Below are positions 22,936 to 35,500 of a stretch of 64,000 bases of DNA, piece by piece; within the stretch, counting starts at the first letter, position 1; every line of letters begins with the position of its first letter. The notes beneath the pieces are model-generated. The model worked only from the letters and a program-made list of their open reading frames with translations. It searched no databases and was not told the origin of the DNA. Position numbers and translations under genes: made by a program. The DNA comes from Bugula neritina (Eukaryota; Animalia; Bryozoa), in assembly GCA_964035545.1 (NCBI GenBank), contig OZ037767.1, positions 6,898,707 through 6,962,706 on the forward strand, given 5' to 3'.

Positions 22936-25900
22936 TCAGTCCTTCACACAGGTATTCTCACATTCTTCCTTTGTCCTGTGAAATCAACACATACGATGAC
23001 TCATTGCTGATATAATTAGCAACAATTAAATGACAGGACCAAGCTATAATTGCGTAGGAATAAAACACTTACTATTAATTATATCATGTATGATGAGAAA
23101 TTGAAAAATAGTATACTGTTGCTTTGGGGTATTGATCAAATGTAAGATTCAATAAAATGGTAGCCATGCATATTGTTCAGCTTAGACACTGGTGGCTATT
23201 GAATTAGTCAGAATGGCTATTAAATATTTTTATTATTTGATTATACCTATCTCGGTTTTTGATCAATTTAGAGATAATGCATAACAATGATTTTTTATCA
23301 GACAGCGTTTTTTTAGTTAAAACATTTGATTCATTTACTATAATAACTGGTCAACAAGTTATTTTCAGCTCCTTGCAAAATTTACAACATGGCTAACAAA
23401 ATTGTGTTACTTTTAAACTTAGACTTTGAATCAGTTTGTCCTTGCAAATTAGACAACCCATCTGAATGTTACAAACCAGGACTGAAAGAGCTGACTTACT
23501 CAAAGCGGTTCTCATTTCCTGCACAACCAGTATAAACAAAGGGTTTACATGTTCTCTGGTGCCTGTCATAGTACCATCTATGAAGGGTGTAGATACAGAG
23601 TCCCACCCGTACTTCTTGCTGTTCACAAGCTAGTCTAACCAGATTCTCACATCTGCTTTCACAATCCATTAGTCGGCTGTATAAAAAAATAGTTATCACT
23701 ATGAGACACTCTAAAAAATGGTTTCTGCATTTCCAAACAATCAACTTGTCAAGGCAAGTAAATAACATTACTAGTGACTGACTGCATGTATATTATATTA
23801 CTAGTATAGTATATGTATGTTATATTAATAGTATATGTATGTTATATTACTGGAACACTTATATTATATAAGGTAGGTGCAGTAACGGAGAAATTAAGAA
23901 ACGCCTGTGTACTATAGATTAGAACTGTAGCTTAAGAAGTTATATTCATGCCAGAACTTCCATTGAACTATTAGTTATAGCTTCAGTTCAGTGAGAAGTT
24001 CAATCTGGTCTGCAAACCAAAATTTAAAAATGAAATTAAAGAACTTATAGGTTATCTCAATTTCTCCACCACTGCTCATAAAGGTATTATATTGTTAGTA
24101 ATGCATTTAGACTCCATCCAGTAATCAGAGGCAAAGAGAAATTAGCAAGTGTCAATATGAATTACACAGCATGACTACAAAATTGCAGGTTAGCCTAGGG
24201 CCACACTGTGCGTATTTTCGCATGCGAAAATTGAAATCACAAGTAGCAAAGGTGTCCACTGTGCGCGTTGAGAAAACCTTCGCACTTGTCGCTCTGCATT
24301 CTCAACGCAAGTGCGAATCGTCTCTGTCGTCGTCACCTAATTGGCTGATAGTTATTCAGCGAGCCCAACTTCTTTATTTTAGTGCTACATTCCAGTAAAT
24401 TGCGTTTTATTGAAAGCGAGTGCGATTTAAAAATGAAAGCTTTATTTATCACGCATCACTGACGCTACAGTGGACACCTTTGCTACTTGTGGTTTCAATT
24501 TTCGCATGCGAAAATACGCACCGTGTGGCCCTAGGCTTAAACTGAATAATTCAAGACTGCAGAATAATACAATCTTGTTGTACCAGTGCATATAGATTAT
24601 CAAGAAAGCATAAAACTCCTAAAACCAACATCAAACAACATGTAATATATTAAAGAGTATACTTTAATATAATCTTAAGCACTTTGCATTGATAAACTAA
24701 CTTATTACCAATTTCTTTCTATATAAGAACTTTACGTTGAAAGAAATTTAAATAAAAAGTATATTGATATAGTACTGGATCAGTAGAAAAAAGGTCAGTG
24801 GTTGAATTCCAGCAAAGTTCATTGTCGGTACTATAGGAAGGGTATTTAGTCAAAATTGTTCCACAATAGTAAATAAGCCCATGGCCTGCTCTATAAGGGG
24901 TTCTCACAGGGAGCCTATACATAAGTTTTTATGTTAAATTAAACTTACATAAACTTATTAGCGTTCCCATGAAACCCTCGATACTGAAAACTTTCACAGT
25001 ACCCAGTCCTTGGATTGAAGAAATATCTGGTGAATGATCCTGATCCAGTGCCTTCAACTTTTGGCATTGCGCAGATATTCGTGGTGGCATCACATGTGTA
25101 GTGACAATCTTCCTCCGTTCTTAAAACAGAGAAATGTAAGTTTTTTTTAAAATTAATCGAACTCACTCCAGCAAACATATAAATTTCAAACTAAATTAAA
25201 TTGAATTAAAATGTTGCTAATTTTAAAATTGTATATTTTTAGACTAAGAGAAAGCAATATGTAGCCTATTGCTTTAATCAATTACTGGTTATTTAATTAT
25301 TGATTATTTATTGAAATATACAAATATAATTTACTTCTTAAAGTAGAAAATGATCTGTTGCAATGTAATTTTGCATACTATATTTTGTAGCAGGGCAGTT
25401 TTATCAATGAGTAAATAACTTCTAATGCTTGAAATTAAGTTACATGGAGCTTATTATTGAAAATGCTGAAGTATTACAACTGATAGACCTATACATTTAC
25501 TTTATATTCAATTTATGCAGCCTGAAAGGGTTAAAATTGCTACTAAAATTATTGAATCCATGCTTCATCTATACAAAGCAGAGACTTACTATTACTTAAC
25601 GTATTATATTCTGTTGACAAGCTTAACACCCTTTGTTTGACAGAAGTGATTATTACTTTTATTGACAATCTAGTTAGAGGTTGTTGAAAGTTATAAACAC
25701 TAGGAGAGAGCTTGTATACTATGGATATGTATAAGTTAGGTACTTTTGAAGGGCTGGGTTACAGTCTCAGTTAGTTACTAAACTTTGATTATCTTACACC
25801 TGAGATTAAAGTTCCAATTGGTGTACCACTTGACAAAAAACCTTGTGTGTTATTCTGTTTTTATGAGAATTTCAACTTACACCCCAGAGCCAACATTTAT

Positions 25901-27160
25901 AACTAAACTTAAACAACTCAGATTATTGAAATTTAACCATTACTGCACTCAAATATCAATATTATTATATGCTATGTAGTTGAAGATGTTTGCAAGACTA
26001 AATTTGAATATACAAACAGTTTTTTCTAAAAGTCATGTAAATTTGTCATCTAAGCTTCTGTTATGTACTTTATAGGATTAAAAGAATTACTCTGCTCCAA
26101 GCGAGGTAGGTGCAGTAATGGAGAAAAACCTGAGTTCTAGATTGAAAATATAGCCAAATAATTTAGAGTTTCACCCTGCACCCTAAACAAAGATTTAACA
26201 ATAAAATTACAGAACTTAAGCTATCTCAGTTTCTCCACTACTGCTCCTAAATGCTACAAAGCAGCTCTGAATTCAGCTTATATAAAATCTAGATTCAACA
26301 CAACTTTATATTTTACTCACTCAAAGTTATTAGCATTACCGCCAGCACCATGATACCAGAATGACTTGCACAGCTTATCAATCGGTGAGTAGTAAAACTT
26401 TCTTGTCCTCAGGTGACTGGCTGACGGGTGGCCAGGGTCCGGCTCTTGCATGCAATTCCGGTCTGCAAAACATTAAACACCATCAAATGGATATATTAAA
26501 CACAGTCGAAACCTTCATCATCTTTACTACAGGTTTGCTCAACTTTGTGTCAACAAAGTGTTTCAACTCTCCAGCCAGCTTAGTGTTCAAGCTGTATGTG
26601 GCAGCAGCTAAGAAGAACATGCAATGACAGTCAGCAATTTAATTATAATAGTAATTTTATAATGCAGCAAACTCCATAGCTGACCGGAAAGGAAATGTCT
26701 GCGCTGAGCAAAATTTATTCTAGCACAAAATTGTTTGAGCACACAACTATCAAGCAGTCTGTAGATATACAGCAATATTTCATTAGGTATTGTATAAATG
26801 AAGCATGTCCGGATTTTCAGGAAATATCTGAATCAACAATACCATCTGCTAGCTAAACATTACGTTAATTCAAGGATAAAGGTTATTGTGAAAAAATAAA
26901 AGTGATTTTGTAACATTTATATTTAAATTTCATTAAATCTTTGTGCCCTGAAAAAAATTTCACAACAGTGAAACAACATAAGTAAGATCAAGCAGCCTAA
27001 TTTAAGTAGCTTAGCAAATTTAATTAAAGTGAAACTTTAGAACAATATACAATGCAGATTATATAGTGAACACAATTAATTGGTAAGAACAATTCATACC
27101 TGATCCAAAAGTTAAAGCAGCAGTAGCAGTTAAAAGTAGCAAGAAAAAGTTCTGAGCCAT
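22936..27160 (-). CDS. Secreted three-domain Kunitz/BPTI protease-inhibitor-like protein (~196 aa)
   Basis: Exons 27160-27100 (signal peptide MAQNFFLLLLTATAALTFGS), 26462-26321, 25119-24949, 23676-23500 and 22975-22936; all GT-AG and phase-compatible, 591 nt including TGA. Motifs FWYHGAGGNANNF, FQYRGFHGNANKF, FVYTGCAGNENRF; AATAAA on the minus strand near 22841. Confidence 0.88.
23875..24078. mobile_element. Diverged MITE family (further copies ~26108-26247 and a left end at ~42231)
   Basis: AGGTGCAGTA..GGAGAAATT left end and AATTTCTCCAC.ACTGCTC right end recur at these sites. Confidence 0.55.
24193..24536. mobile_element. PIF/Harbinger (Tourist-like) MITE in intron 3 of the Kunitz gene
   Basis: ~70-bp near-perfect TIRs starting GCCTAGGGCCACAC; TTA duplicated on both sides (24190-24192, 24537-24539). 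Confidence 0.85.
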
Positions 27161-27258
27161 GTTATGTTACTTTATTATAATTATATTATAGTTAGTTTGT
27201 AATAATGTGAGCGGTCTCAGGTTTTTTTATATATGTACTGCTTTGAGCTAGCTTTACC

Positions 27259-27306
27259 TTTATATACATTCGCATTGACCTAGATCAAACTCTTACTTCT
27301 GATTGG
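27259..27306 (-). promoter_or_regulatory. Putative TATA box and CCAAT box of the Kunitz gene
   Basis: Minus-strand TATATAAA (27266-27259) about 100 bp upstream of the ATG, and CCAATC (27306-27301) about 40 bp further upstream. Confidence 0.45.
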
Positions 27307-27549
27307 TCGAATACTTCATTTACACCCCACCAAATTATATAATATATACATAATATATGCAATTATATAATTGTGTGTTGGGTAGTGTGTGTGGTGTGTG
27401 TGTGTGTGTGTGGTGGACTGTATTAATTAATGAACAGTATAGAATGGAAGAATGAATTATGTTTTAAAGTATGTACTATATTTATTATAATATATTTATA
27501 ATAATTTAACAGCAGATAAATTGACACTGACAAGTCCTACTCAGTGATA

Positions 27550-28070
27550 TGTGGCAGGTACATATTCACACCCTTCTTCTGTTTTACAGTTATAAATAAA
27601 CACACAAACAATATACCCTATGCATACAACTCATGCACATTCTATCAATATAGCCAAAGAATACATAATGCCCAGTTTGCATTAATTGGAAAAAAGGCAG
27701 TTCTTTTACTATCAGGCAAAACGCACAGAACTGTAGAGTATTTGCACTGTCGCAGTCTCTCTCTCTTAGCACTACTGGAAGACAACCTGCACGACACGTG
27801 GTTTCACTTAGAGAGAAGCATGGTCTTGTTATAGTAATACTGCAAAATGGGGTATACAGTTATCTTGGTAAACCCTTCCATCTTCAGGTTGGAGATCTCT
27901 CCTTTCTTCAACTAGAATATAACTAATTGTCTCATAATAAGATTCAGTGAAAGAAATCTTATAATATTTATTCAAACTATTCAAGATGGCGTCACGATAG
28001 TATTTCTCAGCTACAGGATGAGGTTGATAGACTCCTTCATCTTTAGCATGATTACATCTCATTCCTTCAA
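27550..28070 (-). pseudogene. Decayed Kunitz-like exon fragments upstream of the intact gene
   Basis: RCNHAKDEG...EKYYRD and YIDRMCMS fragments, plus a segment (~27550-27585) resembling the terminal exon. Confidence 0.45.
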
Positions 28071-31000
28071 CAATAATATAATTGTCATAAGGTAAAGTTT
28101 AGTCAAGAAAAATCAATTAAAGTAGTTTTACACTTTGAGCTATAATATAAACGCATTAAGATAAAATTAGCATATATTAGCATAGCATAGCTGTCATGTC
28201 TGCGCACATGCTATTGCTAGTGAAGTGATAAAATTTATTAAGTTGGTTTCTTATAAAAAACATTATAACACTAAACTGATATTCAAATGATTTTAGACAG
28301 TAAAGTTTAATATAGTTGCAATAATTTAATAAAAAAACAACTGTAGAACTATAAAGTAGCATGAAAATGAATATATATATAGTAGACCTACCAGTTCCCA
28401 CTGTCATGCCAATTTTTGAACTGCAGTTTTCAAAACTACAAAGAAAAAGAAGAAATTCCATGATGTGAGAATGATATATTTTAAAGCAGTTTGAAGATAG
28501 TAATAAGAGCAAATTTGTAAAGCAGATATTACTACATACAGTGTTATAATAGTTACCTCAGTAATTTTGGTCCTTATATACCCAAACCATATGTAGGCTG
28601 TAACTGCAAGCTGATAGCATCCAATAGAAATCATTACATCATTGTTAATATTTCTATTGTATAACAAAGAGAGGGTCACAATATTCTTCAATAACATAAA
28701 ATTTAACAATCTGACTTTCGAAATCTTATTAAATGGGAGTAATCATCTCTTTAAATCAAGCAAATTTATCACTTTGCATGACAATATAATAAATAAAGTG
28801 GAAGACTTCAAATTTGAAATTGTTAGAAATTACTCTATAGTCTATACTCTATAGGTATTACTTAATTTACCAACTGTTTTTACTTTTGATTAGCATAGAG
28901 AAATTTTTTAACGTTTACTGAAAGCTATAATCTTTCTAAAAACAACTTTTCTCCTGATGGTTTTAAATATTTTCAAATTTTCAGAATAGCTTGTGTTTTT
29001 GTTGAAGGCAAATGTTTTTATGTTTATCTAAAAACCTAATTTTCTAGAAATTAAAAGTTGGGGGTGAAAACCTGGAGTCTCAAACCTAGAAAATAGAGAG
29101 AACAGTTTTATAGAGTTGATGCATATGAACTCTGGTCATTGAAAAAGTTATAGCAACTTCATTTGATAGATATGCAATTGCAAAATAAATTAGAAAAACT
29201 GGGTAAACAAAATTGCGAATTGACACTAATAATAATTGAATAATTTTTATTTAAACTAGCATTGTCTGCTTCGTTGGTAACAAAATACTGATTTTATTAT
29301 ACTTCTGTATATATCAAAGAAATTCAAGAGTTAAAATTTGTTTAGGCTCAAATATTTTATAATAAACAGTACAAATTTAAAAATAAAAGCTACTGTAGAA
29401 TTCTTTAAATCATGTAAATTATTACAAGTTAATGTGTTATCTAAATTCTAATCAATGGCTTCCACAGAAACCTCTACTAAGCAGTTTCATGTGAATGAAC
29501 TGATGGAAGCTGCTAACTACTAATATTCTGCTCATAACAAATTGCAGATTTCTCGAAATAAAAACAAGTCTGGCATATAATTAGGTGTTAGCAGCTTGTC
29601 TCCTGTGTAGTTAATCACTATTATTTCCCAAGCTATATATCAGACACAAAATTTAATTTCAACACGTTGAATAACTGATTTCTTTCAAACTGAAATAATC
29701 GTCTGACACTTTGACCAGACAAAACAGTTTAATTGTTGAAAAGCTTCAACTGTTGAACAGAGTAGAGCAGCTGTTGGCATCAAGTTGTCAATACAATTTG
29801 CTGGCTAAAATGAAGCTATTAAAACCAGAACAAAGCATGGCCAGTAAAGACTTTGTTGTGTATGTTGAAAAGAAAGTTAATAAGTTTGCTATATTATGTA
29901 ACCAAATTTAATCTGCATAACGCCAATTAATTGATTTCTTTCAAACTTCGAATTAATAATTATAAATCTATTATCAATACATCTGCTCACAACTTGAGTT
30001 TAGATGATTACAATAAATTATTGAAAAGCTTCAACCCTTTAAAGCAGATTTTGCAGACGTTACTTTCAAACTTTAAAGTTTCAATTTATGAGCTGAGAAA
30101 AGGCTTTGAAAAAATGAGCTTCATGCAATTACAATCTTGTGTAGGTGGAAAAGTGGGTATTCATGTCTCTTTATATTGCAAAGAATTTCTAAAAAAAAAT
30201 GGCTTACAAGACATTACAAATACTTTGCTGTAATATTAAATGTCTGTATCTACTATAAAACTGCATGAGTATGAACAGGTAGTATAGGAGCTTTTTCCTT
30301 TGAATAGAATTATTGCAACTGTGCAAAAAGAGTTTAATATGCAACTTCTATGTAGTAAGTGAACTCCTTTAACTATAAAAACTGAACAAATATTCAAAAA
30401 CAGTATGGAACATGTTCTAAAAATAGAAACCTAATGGTAGACACCAGTTCATATTGGTATTGTTAAAAAACCATACAGAAAACTTAAAATAAGGGTTATA
30501 AGCGTTCAAGTGAGAATTTGTCATAAATGCATTAAATTTTAGCATTTATAAGTCCATCTACGAGTAATTAGTAATTATGGGTACTGGGTTTACACGAGTT
30601 CTTAATCTAACGACAATGATGCAGCAGAATATTTACTAGCAAGTAGATGTATTTCCCAAATATAGTTGGATGATTATAACCACTGAGCTGAAAATAGGTT
30701 CAAAGAATAAATGCCCAAATGTGGGTTAATAAAATTGGAGTATTTTTCAAAAGGTAAGCAAAAATTTGAAAAAAAGTTCCAGCAACAAAAACAAATAAAA
30801 ACATAGTGTGGTAAGAGAAACTATCAACAGAATTGCGTGAAGGATTTCTCTGCAAGCAATAGCAGAAAGTGCATTGACATAAATGAAGGCATGACTAAAA
30901 ACATAAAACTTCACACTTTTCTATCCATATGAATTAGTCTACACTAGAAATGTGTTATTGTAAGCATTGTGTAACTAAACCTTTATTCAAAACCTCTTCA

Positions 31001-31539
31001 AGCAGGAAAACCGAAGTTATTAGAAAAAAATAGAAGCAAGAGTGATCATAGAAGACTTTTTGGAAAGAAAAACAAAGAAATACACCAAAATTTCAAAACC
31101 ACTAAAAAGCTGTACACTAAAATTGTGATTATTGATATACTGATCTTACAAAAAATGATGCAATTGTTGACAACAAAAAATGTGTGACAACATCATGTAG
31201 ATGAAAGTTGCATGTATGTGAGACTTTGACATCAGTTATTAATTTTTATCTGTTTAGTTGAATATTACTTATTAATTACACATATTATATTGCAAAGTTT
31301 TTTTATGCGTTCTTAAGAATGCATTTTTCTTCAATTTTGTGTTGAAAACGTATAATAAGTTACTTCAGAAGAAAAAACTAATACCATAAACATTTACATT
31401 GGTAAACATCATAACATTGTGAATTGTTACCTAGGATAGTAAATATCTGCTTTATTGCTATACAACTCTTAATATTATTGAAAACAAATGAATGCATATA
31501 TACTCCAGTAGACTGTGCATTCTGCAGAAAGATGGACAC

Positions 31540-31625
31540 TGCACTGACAGACTTCAACACCAACACCAAACTATGTGAAAGGTTCCAATACAGAAGAGTC
31601 AATAGAAATGCAAACAAGTTTCAAC
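31540..31625 (+). pseudogene. Kunitz exon remnant
   Basis: DFNTNTKLCERFQYRRVNRNANKFQ parallels domain 2 of the intact gene (FNPRTGYCESFQYRGFHGNANKF). Confidence 0.7.
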
Positions 31626-32394
31626 TTGAACCTAAATTGAAAAGATGAATTTATTTTTTATAACACATTAAACAGCTTTAAAATCTAATTACTCTGCATA
31701 TGTAAGCCATACAACTGTAAACTTTTAATATGTCTAAGTCCTGTACACTAGAAATTATTATGTTCTTTTAAGAGAATAATAAACAAAATGAATTTCAATA
31801 AAAGTTTTTAATAAAGTGCATGAAAATTGTTATTACAAAAGAAATGCATTATTTCAAAGAAAAAACTTAACAAATACTCCCGGCTACTATGAAAACGTTT
31901 CTAAAATAATGGACTGTAATAATTTATGGGTTGTATGGCATAGAATCTGCCAAGTGAAAAACTACTTATTCTCAAAATGATGAAAAAAAAGAAAAAACTG
32001 ACAACCTTACAACCTTCAAAATATGCTCCTTGCAAGGAGAGTAATTGTGTAGCTAGACAAAGCTTAGCAACAGACAAATCACGACCCATTTTTAAACCTA
32101 CAATTAGATTCATAGATGATCAACTAACTGAATGTTTGAACCAATCAACAGAAACCTCAATATAGCCAGGTGAATAATAATGCATTAAAGCATTGGGATA
32201 AAACAGCAAAGAAAAACATGATGAAGTACATTAACAGTACTAGAAAGGCAAGAAAATCTAACAATTTTGTGTTTTCTATATCTAAGAAATAAAACCAGCT
32301 TACAAAAGCTTGTTAATACAAACATAGAGCTAATTGAAATTTATCTACAAGTTCTTGAAGCAAAAGTATGAGAATAGTCAGACTGAGCAAAATT

Positions 32395-32556
32395 GAGATG
32401 ATGAGTGCAGTTACTCAACAGCTTTGTGTGTTCTCTCTAAAGAGAAGAGAATGGAGTGTTTACCTTATTTGGTTCTTCTACAATCCAAGCACTAGGAACT
32501 GTGAAGCTTTTCAATATAGAGGGTTTCCCTGAAATGCTAACAAGTTTCAAAAAGTG
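32395..32556 (+). pseudogene. Kunitz exon remnant with nonsense codon
   Basis: FFYNPSTRNCEAFQYRGFP*NANKFQ, with TGA in place of the conserved Gly. Confidence 0.75.
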
Positions 32557-35500
32557 AATTTAAAACTGCAAACAATTTTTATCTAAAAGATGTGAGCATC
32601 CTATTATTTGTATGAAACATACAACTGTACCCTTTTGACCCTCAACTTATGTAAACTTATACACATTATGTGTTTAGGATACTTAGATTCAACCTTTGGG
32701 CTAAGAATCTTGATGATAGAAACATTTTTTATTACTATTATATAATGCCTACATGTTAACTGATAAGTATATTTACTCATCAAATTTTGTGAAAAAAGCA
32801 ATAAAAAAGATAAATTGAACGAATGCAAACAAAAATGTGTCAAAATGAAATCAAAATTGTCAGCTTTTGACTGGTTTAGAAAAAATTGTTTCTAAGTAAA
32901 GTTGGAGTTATTATCTTTTGAAATAGGAACTTGTTCAACTATTAACCTTCTTAAAAACAAAGGAAAAAAAAAACTAATAAAACTTGAACAAAGTACAGTT
33001 TGGATTTAAGTCAACTATGACAATAATACGTCGACTTCATTCAATTATATGAAAAAATAGGGATCAATTTGAACCCAGAGAATATAATATTTGTGTTGCG
33101 TAAATTAATTGACAAAGATTGACAAAGAAAAACTTGACAATACATTATAAATAATTTATGATGGCAATAAAAACATTTTATTGCTGACATTGCATAAATC
33201 TAAAAGATGTAATGGCTTTTTTATGTTAGCTTCAGCGCTTATTTTGTTTATTTATATACAGCTATATCAGCTTTTCTGTGCAAGTTAATATATAAGGTGG
33301 TAACACTTCTACTGTTTTCATTGTAAATTATTTTATGATCAATACACCTGTTTGAAACACAACACATTATAAATAATTTATGATGACAATAACAACATTT
33401 TATTGCTGCAAAAATTCAAAATTAATTTCTCTTTTAGTGAAGTCTACTGATGGAATAATATTTAATATACTACTTAATCAATTGAAAGCATTTCAGCGTA
33501 TTACATCTGACCAAGACATTGCTGTACAAACTATAAGCTAACTTTACAATAAGAGAAACGGCTTACCAAAATAGAAAACTTATAAGTTGCATTATTGGCT
33601 GATTTAGTAATTAATAATAACATTCAGACTATCATGGTATAGTATTATGATACTACTATGATGTCATAGGCAGCAAATGATGCCACTCCTTCCTATACTC
33701 TATATCAGAGAAAACAACAATTTTAGTGAGTTTCCATAGTGAGGTTGTAATAATTAATCTTAATGATTTTTTGCATTAGTTATTGTATTGATTGATCTAA
33801 GGCTAAATCAAATTATTCCTAGAAACAAAATAAATAAAAAAATTGACAAAATTAGTTTACAATTTGCTGCTAAAACATGCTCTTTGCAATAGCTGTTGTC
33901 AAAACACAGTAGAAGTTACTTCTTCTGGGAATAAAAAGCGATCAAACTTCGGAAAATTATTCAAAAGCTGAAAAAAGCTAGCATAAGCTTTATGTTAATC
34001 ACACTCCCTCAAAGTGAATTCATGCCGTGATTTCTTTTTCAATAGTTTAGAGAGAGACTGTAAAAAAGAGTGCATCTACTCTAATGCATTATATGCATTC
34101 TGCCTGTTATATGTGGGGGGGGGGAGTGAAAGGCACTGGCAGGCAATAGGTACTTAGGAGATTTTTTTACAACACAGGTTAGTTTATCGTCCAATAGTTC
34201 AAAGAGAGCCTTTGACGAGGAAAGCAGTTACTTTGGAGTCTTATCAACTGTTCAAGAAGACAAAATGTTCTAGCAGCTTAAGGTGTTTGCTATACACCAT
34301 TCACTAGAAACTAAAAAAATGTTTGCCAAAAAGTAAGGAAAAAACTACAATAGCAAGTTTCAATGGGAACCCTGCACTTCAGGTGGTAAAAGCTTTTAAG
34401 AAAAGCTCTCAATACTAAAAAAATGAAAAAAAATAAAATCATAAATGTTCTTATTTTAGCAAATTGAAATATACACCAGTTACTAAAAAAGCCTTAGCTT
34501 TATAATGCGCCAGGGAATACAAGTTCAAAATATACTTGTTAAATTATTTTACCTCAACCAGTAATTATAGCAAATGTTTCTGATGCAGTTTATAACTATG
34601 AACTACACGCATGTATTTTCATGATATATTTTATCATGCGCACACAAACCAATGTTACAATCTATAAAATACTGTTATAAATTCAATCAAAGTAATGGAG
34701 ATAAGAGCTTTTATAAAAAATGTGAAGAGTGCCTAATGGATTACATAATATAATCTATATGTTTAAGAAAGTCACAGACCATCACATGTCCATGGAAACT
34801 ATAGTCGAAGAGAAAGATGACGATGAAGTCGTCTCGCCAGTTGAGTTCAAAACTACAACTTTCAAATCTACATTATACAGTTTACTTCTGAGCATCAGAA
34901 AGAAAACTAGAAGTAGCAGTGACACTAAAGCTATCTCCTATATAGATAAAACAAACTCTGTTGCTCTAATGCACTCAGTATTTTCTATAACTCTATATAT
35001 ATTTTCATTTGTTACTTAATAAAAATTCACGCATATTTTCAAATTTTAATCCTAAATAAGAAAAGTTAAAATATTTCAAACTTCTCTATTTTAGTACCAA
35101 GGATGTGGAATATCAGTAAAATATTTGATATGCTTGTGTAGTAGGCATGTGATATACCGTGAAAACACCGTTTACTACTTTAAAACCATAGAAAAGCTCG
35201 TATAAGAACTTTGATTGTTTGATATACATGTTACAAGAGCAGCGGATCACAAAGCTAGTTGATAGGTTTTAATTATTGATAGAAAAAACTCTTTTCCGTT
35301 TGTTTGTTCAATTATTGTAAACTGAAAAGATGTGTAAATGATTTTGCTTTATTTTACTATTTAGAAGCTTAATATTAAGCTGTGCTGTAAATTCTGGCAA
35401 AGATGACAAATTCAACAAAAAATTGTCGGCTGTTGGAAGCAAAGAGTTTTAAAAAACTACTTTTGTAATTTGAGTAGCCAAGTAATTCTCACATAATGAA

